From Squalus acanthias (lineage: Eukaryota), in NCBI GenBank assembly GCA_030390025.1, contig CM059432.1:52764001-52828000 (forward strand): a stretch of DNA of 64,000 bases, read 5' to 3'. Shown here one piece after another: positions 1 through 12,927 of the stretch (positions are counted from its first letter, which is position 1; each line of letters begins with the position of its first letter). The position numbers were made by a program, and so were the translations under genes. The notes beneath the pieces are model-generated. The model was not told the DNA's origin. It saw only the letters and a program-made list of their open reading frames with translations, and ran no database searches.

Positions 1-345
1 CATGTCAGACAAGCAGACTGACAGCAGAGAGCCAGTGGAGGGTTTGGAGGAGAGGCAGAGCTGGTTGTCATCAGCAAACATGAGAAACCAGACCCCAAGA
101 TGCAGCAGGTTGATGAAGAGGAGGAGGGGACAAAGACTGGAAGACTGCAGATGGTGCGTGGGTGGGAAGTGAAGCCATTGCTAGAGATGCTTTGACTACA
201 ATTGGGTAGGTAAGACTGGAACCAAGTGAGGGGAATCACACTGAGCTGGACAATGGAGGAGAGGCACTGGAAGAGGATGATGTGGTCGATCGTGTTGAAG
301 GCTGCAGAGAGGGTGAGGTGGAATAATACACTAGAGTCACAGAGA
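1..345 (-). mobile_element. Degenerate L2-clade LINE RT fragment
   Basis: Minus strand near 55-80 reads F-A-D-D-N-Q-L, an RT core motif resembling the L2 'DTQLY' motif at ~27838; otherwise decayed. Confidence 0.45.
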
Positions 346-803
346 ATGTCATTCATAATTCTGAGTATAGCCGTTCGGTGCTGTGGGAGGGGCAGAAGCC
401 AGATGGAAGGGATTCAAACATATAGTTATGGAAGAGGAGAGCATGAAGGTGGTAGGCAACATGTTCAACCACCTCGAGCAGAAAATTCTTTGAGAGCCAT
501 GCCACCTGCCCACCGGAACTCCCCCTCAACTTCCAGGATTTCCCACTGGAAGAGACAGGGGAAGTATAATACATCAACCAACGCAATCAGTGACCACACC
601 GCAATAGTATGCAAATGATGGAAATATGTATTTTCTGTCAACTGCTCCATAGCAACACTGGGCATAGGGGACACCTGATTGTAGAAAGGGCCATAAAGCC
701 TATGCAGTTGATTATAGGCTGATCGATTGCACAGGCTGTGCCAATCCTTTTCTACATCTTAAAAAAAAACTTCCATTAGCAAAGAGTTCACCGGGCAGAC
801 TAA

Positions 804-1647
804 GGGGGGAATTTTGTCAGCCCTGGGGAGGCGGGTATGGAGGCGGGACTGCCGGGAAAATGGCAGAAACTGGGAGTGGGTACCAACCCCGCTCCCAATA
901 CACCTCCGTGCCATCTTCCCAGGAGATGGGTCCCCAACTCGAGCAGGGACCCGTTTCCTCGAGGCGGGAAGGGGATTACAGCTACTTCAATGCCTATTAA
1001 CAGGTAGTTAACAGGCAGTTAAGAGGCTTATCCCCATTTTACCCACACAAGTGCGGGCTTCCCAAAGGCTGAGAACCTTGCCTGGGTCAGCGAGGTGAGC
1101 AGTGGGTCTGCGGGGGTGAGAGGGGTCGAAAAGTGCGCTGTGGAGGTGAGTGATGGGTGCAAGTGTGGAGAGGTAAGTATGAGAGGTGAGTGCAAAATGT
1201 TAGAAAAAGTTTACTTACCCTTGTTTTTTTCTGCAGGCTTCAACCCTTGGGGATCCGGAGGTGCCTCATCTCAACGGCAGGGATGACAGAATGGCTGCTG
1301 CATTCTCTGATGCAGGAGCCATCTGATTTCTGCTAAGGAGAGAGGTTTGGTAAGTCTTCAGTCCAAGGACTCACCTTTGAACAGAGATTGTCAGTGTTTG
1401 ATGGCTTCTCAAAGCTGTCAAACGATGACAATTCATCTGTCAAAAATTTTTGACAGATGAAACGTCATACGCTGATGTCTTCTGTCACCGGCTTTCCCTT
1501 AGTTGGCCGGCTAAGCCTGCAGGGCGGGCTGAACAAGGTCAATCAAGGGAAAATAGCGTGGGTTGGCCGATGTCGTTGGGGGCGGGACTGAAACCCGACA
1601 AGCAGCAGTCCCGCCCCCAACGCGTCCCCATTGATAAAATCCATCCC
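804..1647. mobile_element. PIF/Harbinger-type MITE
   Basis: Imperfect TIRs GGGGGGAATTTTGTC / GGGATGGATTTTATC (11 of 15 match), flanked by TAA at 801-803 and 1648-1650, the canonical Harbinger TSD; no coding capacity. Confidence 0.65.
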
Positions 1648-2020
1648 TAAGTGTTACAGGGCTCAGATGCCTGCCACATACTAATCTCAGTCACCTCTTG
1701 GCAGGCTTAAAATGGTAGGCCAGGGAACCTGCCTAAAAAATGAAAATGACCCGACCCTAGAAAATCATAGAGGGAGGATGTCAGGGGCATGTTCTTTTGG
1801 CGGTGGGACTCCCAGCCTTCCGAATATACGCCAGAATTCCACAATAACAGGAAATCAGGGCAGCTTACTGACAGAAGTAACTAGAAATCACTGAAAAGGA
1901 TTGGACAAAAGCTTCCTGAAGACTGTAGTTTATTGAAAAATGAAAGTATTTTTTTTTTTAAATGATCAAGGAATCAAATTATACAAACACGAAATACACC
2001 AAATAGGCGTTAGAAATCAA

Positions 2021-2680
2021 TAGCCCCAATTTTAATTTGTGGTGGGAATCGGGCGGGCAAAAGCTGAGGCAGGCATCAAACTGCCCTGACATCGGCAGCA
2101 TGAGGCCCAGGAGATTTTAACTCTAAGGCCTCATCTGCATAGGCCCGGTCATTCTCTCGCCCAATACCAGCGTGAAGCAGTATCTACCCAGCGGACAACG
2201 GCAGAAGGTTGGACAGCAGGGACCAAAGGAACAGTCCCAAGCACTCAGGTAAGTCACGATCGAGGAAGGGGAGAGGAATCCCAGGGCAGGGGAGACCTAA
2301 ACTTTCTTGTGGGGCCCGAATGAGCACTCCTACTCCTCATAGCCCCACAAGGAAAGTCAAAAAAGTAAAAAGGCTTACCTTTTTGGGCCTCTTCTGACCC
2401 TGCCTCCTCTTCCTGTAGGTGAACCTGGCAGGAAAGCCTCAACAACTTTCCCACTCAGGCCCACGGTTAAAATAGCAGTCAGGCCCCGATGAGGACATCA
2501 GAACACAATTTGCATATTTGAAGGATGACCCGACCAGTTTCCTGCAGTTGTCCCTGTCGCCTGTTCATAAGAGGTTAAAATCGTAGGCTGTGGGATTGGT
2601 GTGGGATGTTGGCTAATAAGTCCTATAGGTGATTTTAACTGCCCAGTTTCCGCCGAGCAGCAGGGTTATAATCACCCTTA
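2021..2680. mobile_element. Probable Harbinger-derived MITE (degenerate)
   Basis: GC-rich block in AT-rich intron with 'attttaa...ggttaaaat' subterminal motifs like the other MITEs; ends uncertain. Confidence 0.35.
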
Positions 2681-3196
2681 ATATTTGTGGCACATGGACA
2701 TACCCTAAGCTCCCTCTAGAAAATAAAGCTCAAGTGTTTACATCCCCATTCAGAAATGGTAAAATCTGCCATTCTCTGCAGTCCTGGACCTGGATCATAT
2801 ATTTGGTAGTTTTCATGAACAAAATTAAGAGTTGGCTAAGATGCATTTCTTCCTTTGACATTACTGCAAAATACAGATGGTGGAAAGGTGGTGGTGAGTA
2901 CTTTTATAAATGAATACTGAATGAAAAGTAGTGTCAGAACTAGGATTTCAGGAAACTGAAATGGTGGGAGTGTAAAATTTTGTGCTTGAAATGTGCATTA
3001 ATATCAAAATGTTAGATGTACTGACTGACAGAACTGATAATAAATATTTTACTAATTAGGTACTTAGTAGATGAGCATGTCAATAAACATCTAATATAAT
3101 TCAAAGCCTAACACATCCTTCACCAGAGGACAAAATATTTAGAATTTCAAGCAACGTAGCAAGAAACAGAATATAATCAAAGTCAATGAATCCTAC

Positions 3197-5134
3197 CTGG
3201 AATAGGCTGAAGTGGAAGTAAACCTTCAGTTTTATGAGCAATTTTAGGAACCTGGCTTTGGAATCGGCGAACAGCACTCTTTAACATAACAATGTCTTTT
3301 GAGTGCGATTTCACAGTTTCGTTTATCTGATGCGCACAGTTCCAAAGACTACTGACATGTTTGTTCAGACCATCTTTAATCCTTTGTAGGCTGCCAGAAA
3401 TATTGTCCAGTTTACTGCACACATTCTCAATGTGGGCCACTCTCCTGTCAACATGGGAGACTTCCTTCTGGATCCCCTGACTACTGTGTTTGCACTTACT
3501 AATGTCTTTAGTAATCTGACTTGTTAGCTGCTCCAATTGTTCCTTCATTTCAATTAACTGACTATTATTCTTCTGGAGCTGGGATTCTAGGTTTTTGTCT
3601 GTTTCTTGGAGTTTGTAAATCTTATCCAGGAGTTCCTGTTGCTTCTTCGTTAAAGTGGACTCGACCGTTAAGATTGCTTCAGTATTCTTGTTCAGACCTT
3701 CCCACTGTGCTCGTACAAAGTGCTCTACAGTGTTTATGGTGACTTTTAGTGAGACGATTTCTCCTTGTATCACTTCTAAGTCTTCATTTTCTTCCATCTT
3801 CTTGAGACCCTCATGAACTGTACCATTCAGAGATTTAAAGAGGATTAAGTTTTGTTCAGTTTTTAATAATAAGCTCTTGTAGTCATTTTTGCAGGTTTCT
3901 AAATCCATTTTGATGTCCTTCATCTCCTTTGTAACAGAAGTACAACCAGTCAGGCATAAATTTTCTAACTTCTGAAACCTGTTCTCCAAATGGTCCATCC
4001 CATTATTGATATGATCATTACTGGAATTCAGATCACTTTGAAGTAATGATTCCAGCTCGCTGTCTATTGCACCAGTAGAAGTTGTGTTGCTAATCAGTGC
4101 CAAATCATTGTTATGTTTAGCCTCTAACAATTGTAGCCTCCTCTTTAGCAGTTCCTTCACGCCATCAACTTCAGTTTCAATGAGTCCTTTCAGACTATAC
4201 TCAATATAAAAGCAATGTTCTTCAGCATTTTTCTCTGTTACATTTATTCTAGATTCAATTTCTTCTAACCTCTCACCAAAAATATCTTCCAGCTTAAGGG
4301 TAGTGAAACGCTCCATTTCATTATCCAATCTGGCATTCAATAGCCTGTTGGCATCTGCAATTCTATAGACCCTTCGATCCATGTTGTTCAGTTGCTGTCT
4401 TAAAGTGCCTATGGGAGCACAGCAGTTGAACTGGCCTGGTGATTCTTGTAGAAGACTTCTGAGGTCATGGATCTCCTTTCTCAGTTCAGCCTCTTTTTCA
4501 TTGAGCAATTCTTCTACATTCTCATAGTGTGATCCATTTTCTTCACATTGCCGTTTGAGAGACATTAACTTATACTCACAGGAATTTTTCAGATCTGCAA
4601 ATTTCATGTCAATGCCTACCATCATCTCTTCCCTGAGAGTTTCAAATTTACTATCAATGTAAGATTGATAAAAGTCTCCATTGGAAAATGGAGAATAAGT
4701 AGAAATAGGTCCTTGAACTGATTCCATTAGCTGCTTCAACTGTCCGTCATGTCCAGTCACCATTCCATGCAGTTCATCCAGCATATCGCTCTTGTTCTTT
4801 AATGTGTCCTTAACTTCTGTGAGTTTAGATATCATTTCACCCATTCCCGATTGATGAAATGTGTCTTCATTCTCTTGGGTGACTGGAACATGGACAGTCT
4901 CAAAGCCAACAGCGCTGCCAGGCAGTCTCAGATTGCTTAATAATGTTACAAGCATTTTGCTGGTATCTTCCTGGACATTATGCCTCAGATTGTCACTCAA
5001 TCCTGTTACTGAGGCCTGCATTTTTTCCAGGACTTGGTTAAGGCGTTGTACCTCATATTCCAACTGTTGAATTTTCTGTCCTTGGGCTTCAGTAGATGGC
5101 AGTTTATGAACTTGGCTGTCTGTAGATTTGGGTA
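3197..5134 (-). CDS. EMILIN2: EMILIN-2 coding exon 4 (1938 nt, coiled-coil region)
   Basis: Acceptor ttttaatcAG|TACCC at 5134 and donor CCAG|GTAGGA at 3197; phase 1-1, open throughout. Heptad-rich, with EMILIN motifs LKNSCEYKL, AEEHCFYIE and SLQRIKDGLNKHVSSLWNC. Confidence 0.93.
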
Positions 5135-5674
5135 CTGATTAAAACATGCAAGTGTCAATGTTATATCATCTATAGAAAACATGTATTTTTATGTGAACAC
5201 AGAACATAAATTGTCAAACAAAATAGCTGTGAATTTTAAAAAATTTAAAACCTAATCAAACTTGTATTTAGCACAGAACAACTTTAGTCTGCCAATTACA
5301 ATTATAGAAGGATAATAGTTACAATGCGACCTGTTCAGACAGTAGTACAGAACAGCCGACCAAAGGAATCCAATCTGTTTTAATAACATTACTAAAATAT
5401 CTTAATCTCCAAATAAAATCAACACACGCATTTTAAACACAATTACATTTCAATGCTGCAATGTTGTTGCTTACATTTGTCAACTGAGACCCTTCGCTTA
5501 TATTTCTATAGTACTCTGGTATTCTATCATGACTACACCCATTTATTGGGAAATGTTAAGAAAACAGATGTGTTTAAATTTGATTCTTAACCACTTGACT
5601 ACCTACAATTCCCATGTATACCCTTGATCAATACTGTCAATGTTCAAGTGGTTACTACTCTCCTTTTTTCTGCA

Positions 5675-5760
5675 AGCTAGTTGAAGTGCTCTTGCAGAGA
5701 GCCGGCACGGGCTCAATGGGCCGAACGGCCTCCTTCTGTGCTGTAACCACTCTATGATCT
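5675..5760 (+). mobile_element. CR1 LINE 3' tail fragment
   Basis: Reverse complement of the 3' UTR of the CR1 at 20724-20820 (gccggcacgggc...gggccgaacggcctccttctgtgctgtaacc). Confidence 0.7.
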
Positions 5761-7137
5761 ACCCTTTTTATGCCTAAAAATATTAATAAAGATGAAGGAA
5801 TATTGTTAAAAATTAAATTCTGACATCCACCCACAAAACTTTATTTTCCATTCAACTTTTAACACCAATGTGCAAACTAAATTGGGCTAATGTATGACAA
5901 GATGTCTACAAGAAATGTAAATTTCTCAGTCTCCTGTTCACAGGCTATTCCAACAAACAGGATTACACACGTGGCCTGTAAGAAGCGGCACCAAGTATCA
6001 CATTAATCCAGTTTGACCTGGCTTTTCAAGTCCCTCAATTTCACTGATCATTTGGACTGTGTAGAATATGTTCAAAGATTAATTCATATTAGTGGATCTC
6101 CCGTGACTTTGTCCACGGAAAGTCGGACAAAACCTCAAAATGCATTGCTGATGCTGCAGGTATAGGTATGGGGATCTGCAACTTCTGGAGTGTTTCAAAC
6201 TCCATCGAGTAGTGGAAGTGTGCAGCTGCAGTTGTAATTGTGTGTCAGAACAGTGATGCCCAAATAAGGAGTGTGGGACATTTAATGGATTATAAATATA
6301 GCTTTGATGTTGTGTAGTTAATAGTGATGTTCTTATTTGTGTTTGTAACTTATTATTCCTATCTATAGTCCCCCCCAGCGCCACTCTATCCCTGGCTATG
6401 TACTCATTAACCTAAGGTGGCTCAATGTGAGTCATTTTCGATTGTTAATTTGGTTTGGACTCAGTCCTACACAGAAAAAGTACAGCCTATCTGAGGAATA
6501 GCAGACGTCCTTTGATGACTGATATTTCTCCTATTATGACCTATTCATTGTACAGCAGACAGAGTCGCTGAGTCACTGGATGAGGAGACACAGGAAAGAG
6601 CCAGGGAAAGATTAATTCAGACCATTTACCACACGGTATGCATAAACAGTCTAAAATTGTCTTCTGGGCCATTATATCCATCTTCCAGGATACCTCTTCA
6701 ATCTAAATATTACCACTCTTTCAGCCATGGATGCTGTATCCTGCTTCCAAACCACAACCATCACTGCTTCCCTATAATACTTGTTGAGTAGACAAGGAAA
6801 ATAATGCTCTACTCATACAGTGACTGTGCATTAGTCAATGCTTGTAATTTCAAGCAATTTTATATACAGACTGTGGTAAATAGTTGCTCTCTGAAATGAA
6901 GGCGTGACTCTCTTTTCTATTTGATGTCTCAAATTGGTTTTGGATTTATCCAAAGATATGCAACCTGTTAAAAGCAATTCTGTGGAGGACTGGGCCTCGA
7001 CAGGCTTTAAATTGGTAGTTCCCTTTTAACAATGTGGGGTGTTACCTAGTCTAGAACACAAGAAAGGAAAAAAATATGGGACATTAAATATAATCAAAAT
7101 CAATTAAATGAAATCCAATAATGACAACCAGAAACAA

Positions 7138-7450
7138 TAGCATTATAGAAATTTTGAACACAGAAGGAGGCCATTTAGCACACCATGCCTGTGCCAGTGC
7201 TGGGTCCATATCAAAGCTGTCTACTTTAATCATATTTCCCTTTCTTTCCCCATAATCCCTGCAATTCTTCTCCTTTGTGATGATTCAGCTTCAAAGCCAC
7301 TTGTGGTAATGTATTCCATATTCCAATAATCCTTTACATTAAAAAAATATTTTACCCAACCCTTCATGCTTTTGTATTAATCCAAAATTGACATCTTGTT
7401 GCTGATATAACCAGTGGAAATAATCTTTCCCAATTTACCCTCTCAAACCA
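7138..7450 (-). mobile_element. Degenerate CR1 3' end
   Basis: 'cacagaaggaggccatt' tail motif shared with CR1 ends at 9760 and 43000. Confidence 0.5.
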
Positions 7451-8749
7451 AATAGCATTGGAAAGAACAATACTGTCTGTTGGTATAAATGCTAAGTGTG
7501 CAGATGTAAACTTATTTATTAATAAAGCAAGCTTCACTATATGCTAAATATAATAAAGGAGAATAATAATTTGGTAAATATTTATAAATATGGCAATTGA
7601 ATGAAGGATTTTAAATCATAACGATTATCAAATGATGGTTGTAACTATGTACAGAATGATAAATATTTTAAATGAAGAACTAATTAGAATCAACTCAATA
7701 TAGAAATTAAAATTTAGTAAAACAAGGATTTCATAATTACTTTAAATTCTATAAATATTGGCAGTTACAAATTTCAAATCTGGTCTAGATATTTTCTCAG
7801 GTTCAGTCACCGGTTACTCCCATAAGTGGATCCTGTGTCTGTTACAATCAGGAGTTTATCTTTATTACCCAATGTCTAATCATACGATAGCATGACCTGG
7901 GCCATAACAAGGAACCTCCCCACCTTATAATATGAACTGGATATCGTAATGTCACCCCTGCCTCCATGTGTGCTAATCCAATTTTCCATAAAGTAGATTG
8001 ATTAACACTCTAGTGAGATGAGGCCTTACACAAATCATCAAGCTGCTTTATTTTACTGAAATCAAATGAAGGTAGAGTAACAGGTATAGAAAATCTCACT
8101 CTTCTTCACCTAATTCCGGACCCTCCTCATGATATAGAAAAAAAAACACATCACACTGTCTCTGGGAGGGGGTTTTCCAAACTTTTTTTTGATTAGACTT
8201 TTCTTTGAATCTGACCAGCTCTGAGCTTAAGCATGAGAAACTGTTCTCTCACTAAGTCAGGTTCCGTTCCCAGACCTTGCTGAGCTGACCCAGGCCACAT
8301 GATTCTCTCTTCTTTTGTTCCCTACTTGGAACTTTGACCTCAGACTTCCTTGGCGTCCAGAGGTGGGCCAGTAGTGCTTGCAATCAAACTGGCTACCACC
8401 TTCCCAGAAGTCGATTTCTCCCAGACAATCCCTTCTTAGCTCACAGACAGGACACTCACTTCAACATAAGAGCACATGCTGGGATCATTTGAATGCGTCT
8501 TTATCTATTTGTCGCAATCTGATAAAGATAACAGTTTTGATGGCTGACCAATTCTATTCAAGAGAACCTATTGAGACAACTGGTCCCCCGTTATTCAAAT
8601 ATTTCCAGCCTTTTATTCCATTTTAAAAAAGGACGTGACTGCTGCTAATGAAGTAAAGTAGTTGTGCATGCGCAGTTCCGTTGGTTTATTGGTTGTTCTC
8701 GTTGGACTTCCCACAGATTGGTGAGAAAGGAGGGGAGGGAGTGGGGAAA

Positions 8750-9080
8750 AGAGATCGCTGCTGCTGAACTGAAGAAAATAAAAATTAAAAGTTTGATCAC
8801 TGCTGCCGAACTGAGCCCTGTCGGGGGAAGAAAATGAAAATGAAAAGTTGAATTATCATTTATGAGTTGCCGAACTGAGCCGAGAGAGAAAGGAGTGGAG
8901 GGGGTGGAGAAAAGAGATCGCTGTTGCCGAACTGAGCCGAGAGAGAAAGGAGTGGAGGGAGTGGAGGGGGTGGAGAAAAGAGATCGCTGTTGCCGAACTG
9001 AGCCGAGAGAGAAAGTTAACATTTATGCGTCGGGGAAACGTGATCTGCTGCCGAACTGAAGAAAATAAAAATTAAAGGTT
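8750..9080. repeat. Irregular tandem array anchored on GCCGAACTGA
   Basis: Motif at 8763 (variant), 8805, 8869, 8926, 8992 and 9050; two near-identical 57-66 bp units at 8869-9014. Confidence 0.8.
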
Positions 9081-9737
9081 GAATTGGTTAACGTTAACAT
9101 TTATACGCAGAATTCTTCTGCACAGCTTCTGGTAGCTCCTGGTTCGTTGGCAGCAGTCACTCTGTTAAAACAAAAAGGTGCGAGCACTTTGCGGACTAAA
9201 ATCTTAGAATCTTGTTTCAATTTCCAAGCAAAATCAAGAATCCCTCTCAGGTAAAATAGACCAAAATCCTGAAAGCTGTTGATCTGAGACTTTCAGAGGG
9301 GACAAAGAGTGTTTGATATTGAAGGCTATTTTATTGGTCTGATATTTGCTTTTAAAATGGAGGAGTAAGTCTTTAGATCAGGACTGAAAGAAAATAAATT
9401 TGCAACATCATGAAACTTCAGCAACAATCAAAATTATGCTCAAAAAATAAAAATGGACAAACTTCGCAGCATTGTGGCTGTATTGTCATAGGCCATGTTA
9501 AAGTACCTCAAGGAAGGAACTTGTCCACTGGGTTTGTGCAGACTGTAGGCTGTGCTTTGTGACAACTCCTAATCACTACCCAGACCCCTGCCATAAAGTG
9601 TGCAGTATGGACATTAGGCGGAAGCTATATCTTTTGGTGGATTTTGGACCATGTAGATATAGCAACCCTATCTCATTTCTTTACCATGATACTGCAGAAG
9701 TTGGTGATTCAGTCAGTGACATCACAGTATGCGCATT

Positions 9738-10905
9738 ATAGAATCATAGCATCTTACAGCACAGAAGGAGGCCATTCAGCCCGGCGTGCCTGTGCCGGCT
9801 CTTTGAAAGAGCTGTCCTATTTAGTCCCATACACCAGCTTTTTCCCCATAACCCTGCAAATTAGTCCTCTTCAAGTGCATGTCCAATTGCCTTTTGAAAG
9901 TTCCTATGGAATCTGATTCCACCACCATTTCAGGTAGTGTGTTCCAGATCTTAACGAACCTCTGTGCGAAAAAAGTTCTCCTCATTTCTCCTCTAGTTCT
10001 TTTGCCATTATTTTTAATCTATGACCTCTGGTTATCGACCCACTTGCCAGAGGAAGCACTTTCTCACTACCTGCTCTATCAAAACGCCTCATAATTTTGA
10101 ATACCTTTTTGAGGTCTCCCCTTAACCTTCTCTGTTCTCAGGCAAACAATCCCAGCTTCTGCAATCTCTCCTCATAACTGAAGTCCCTCATCCATGGTAT
10201 CATCCTGGTAAACCTCCTCTGTACCCTTGCCAAGGCCTTGACAGCCTCCCGAAAGTGTGGTGCCCAGAATTGTACACAATACTCCAGCTGAGGCCTAACC
10301 AGTGACTTGTAAAGGTTTAGCATGACTTCCTTGTTTTGGTATTCAATGTCCCTATTTACAAAGCCAAATATCCCATACGCTTTCTTAACCATCTTATCAA
10401 CTTGGCCTGCCAACTTCAAAGATTTATGAATATGCACCCCCAGGTCCATCTGCTCTTGCAACCCCTCAAAATACTACCATTTAGATTATACTGCCTCTCC
10501 ATGTAGTTTCTCCCCAAATGCATCACTTCACACTTATTTGCATTAAATTGCATCTGCCATGTGCCTGCCCATTTCACCACTCTGTCTATATCCTCCGGAA
10601 GCTTGCTACTATGCTACTCACTATTTAGGATGTTGCCAAGTTTTGTATCATCCGCAAACTTCAAAATTGTACTCCCTATACCCAAGCCCAGGTCATTTAT
10701 ATATAAAAATAAAAGCAATGGTCCTAATACCAACGTCTGGGGGACCCCACTGCATACTTCTCTCCAGTCGGAAAAACATCCGTTCACCACTACTCTCTGC
10801 CTCCAATCCCTTAGCCAATGAGGTACCCAATTTACCAATGTCCCTTTAATGCCATGCACTTCTATTTTCCGAATAAGTCTGTTATGTGGTACTTTATCAA
10901 ATACC
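9738..10905 (-). mobile_element. 5'-truncated CR1 LINE (frameshifted RT)
   Basis: ORFs 10614-10907 (GVPQ..LGPLLF..KFADDTKL) and 10138-10461 (LVRPQLEYCVQFWAP); tail atagaatcatag at 9738. Confidence 0.9.
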
Positions 10906-10991
10906 ATGGTGGACTAAGGGATTAATCCTCAGTCCTAGTTCCAAGGTGTTGTGCATAATACTGCCCTTGACAAATGACTATATAAAACATT

Positions 10992-12927
10992 ATGGCCGGA
11001 ATTTTCCGCAGGTAGGCGGGTTGGGGGCGGGGGGCCTCCGAGGCGTGCGGGAAACCTGGCAGGGCCTGATTTGAATGTGAGGCCTCGGATTACCGCCCGC
11101 AGCCAGCTTGAGAGGCTGGCTGGCTGCGGGCGGGTAGGCCTCAGAAGCGAGGGGCCGGTCCGGAGGAGAGATCGCGGGAGGAGGATCGGCAATCAGCAGA
11201 GGTTGGGATCGGGAGGCGGGAGAGAGCATCGGCAAGGGTCGGGGATCGGGAGGGGGGATCTGGGGATCGCGGGGGGACGGTTGGCCAGGGATCAGAGCGG
11301 GGGGAGAGAGGATCGTGGCCGGCCGCATCATCATCATTGGGGGGGGGGGGAGGCCTGGGGTGGGAGGGAGAGGCCTGGGAAGGTGATCGGCGGCCTTGTG
11401 GGGGGGGGGGCTCCAATTGGGGGGGTGTGGTTATGGTCAGCATCCTGGATCCAGGAGGTAGGCATAAAGCCACTTATCTCCTGGATGCAGCAGTCCCCGC
11501 CTCGGTTTAACTGCCGGGTTTCACAAATTGTGTGAAACCCGTCCACAGGCAGTTAAACATAGAAACATAGACATAGAAGATAGGAGCAGGAGTAGGTCAT
11601 TCGGCCCCTCGAGCCTGCTCCGCCATTCGATGAGATCATGGCTGATCATCCAAACTCAGTACCCTGTACCTGCCTTCTCCCCATATCCCTTGATACCTTT
11701 AGCTTTAAGAAATATATCTAACTCATTCTTGAATATATTTAATGACTTGGCCTCAACTACCTTCTGTGGTAGAGAATTCCACAGGTTCACCACTCTCTGG
11801 GTGAAGAAATTCTTCCTCATTTCTGTCCTAAATGGCTTACCCCTTATCCTTAGATTATGACCCCTGGTTCTGGACTCTCCGACCATCGGGAACATTCTTC
11901 CTGCATCTAGTTTGTCCAGACCTGTCAGAATTTTATATGTTTCGATGAGATCCCCTCTCATTCTTCTATACTGCAGCGAGTATAAGCCCAATCGACCCAA
12001 TCTCTCCTCATATGTCATTCCTGCCATCCCAGGTATCAGCCTTGTGAATCTTCGCTGAACTCCTTCCATGGCAAGAACATCCTTCCTCAGATAAGGCGAC
12101 CAAAACTGCACACAGTACTCAAGGTGTGGTCTCACCAAGGCCCTGTACAACTGCAGCAGGACATCCCTGTTCCTATACTCAAACCCTTTTGCTATGAAGG
12201 CCAACATACCATTTGCCTTCTTCACCGCCTGCTGCACCTGCATGCTTACCTTCAGCGACTGGTGCACAAGGACACCCAGGTCTCGTTGCACTTCCCCTTC
12301 TCCCAATCTATTGCCATTCAGATAATAATCTGCCTTTCTGTTTTTGACACCAAAGAGGATAACCTCGCACTTATCCACGTTATATTGCATCTGCCACGCT
12401 TCTGCCCACTCACCCAACCTGTCCAAATCATACTGGAGTTTCTCGGTATCCTCCTCGCAGCACACACGCCCACCTAGCTTTGTGTCATCTGCAAACTTGG
12501 AGATATTACATTTAGTTCCCTTATCTAGATCATTAATGTATATTGTGAATAGCTGGGGTCCAAGGACCGATCCCTGCGGTACCCCACTAGTCACTGCCTG
12601 CCACTCGGAAAAAGACCCATTAATTCCTACTCTCTGCTTTCTGTCCCCCAACCAGTTCTCTATCCAATCAATACCTTGCCCCCAATCCCATGTGCCTTAA
12701 CTTTACACGCTAATCTCTTATGCGGGACCTTATCGAAAGCCTTTTGAAACTGGAGAGGAAAAAAGAGGCTTCCAGCCTCATTATAATATTTAAATTGAGG
12801 TAATGTCCCCATGGGAGTGGGTTGGTTGCCCGTCCCCTGCCCTGCCCCCGATAAAACCCATTTTTAACACTTTAACTGCCCCGACACTCCAAACCCACCC
12901 ATTTTTGGGGGAGAAAATTCCGGCCAT
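10992..12927. mobile_element. Harbinger-like MITE interrupted by a CR1
   Basis: Perfect 15-bp inverted termini ATGGCCGGAATTTTC (10992-11006) and GAAAATTCCGGCCAT (12913-12927); G-rich interior; CR1 at 11555-12749. Confidence 0.75.
11555..12749 (-). mobile_element. 5'-truncated CR1 LINE with open RT C-terminus
   Basis: ORF 11656-12651 with [18 protein letters not shown] and RPHLEYCVQFWSP; (catagaaa)n-type tail at 11555-11580. Confidence 0.95.

Noticed and set aside
8763..9059. CRISPR-like repeat/spacer appearance
   Set aside because: The anchor is only 10-14 bp, spacers are themselves duplicated, there are no cas genes, and the context is a vertebrate intron.
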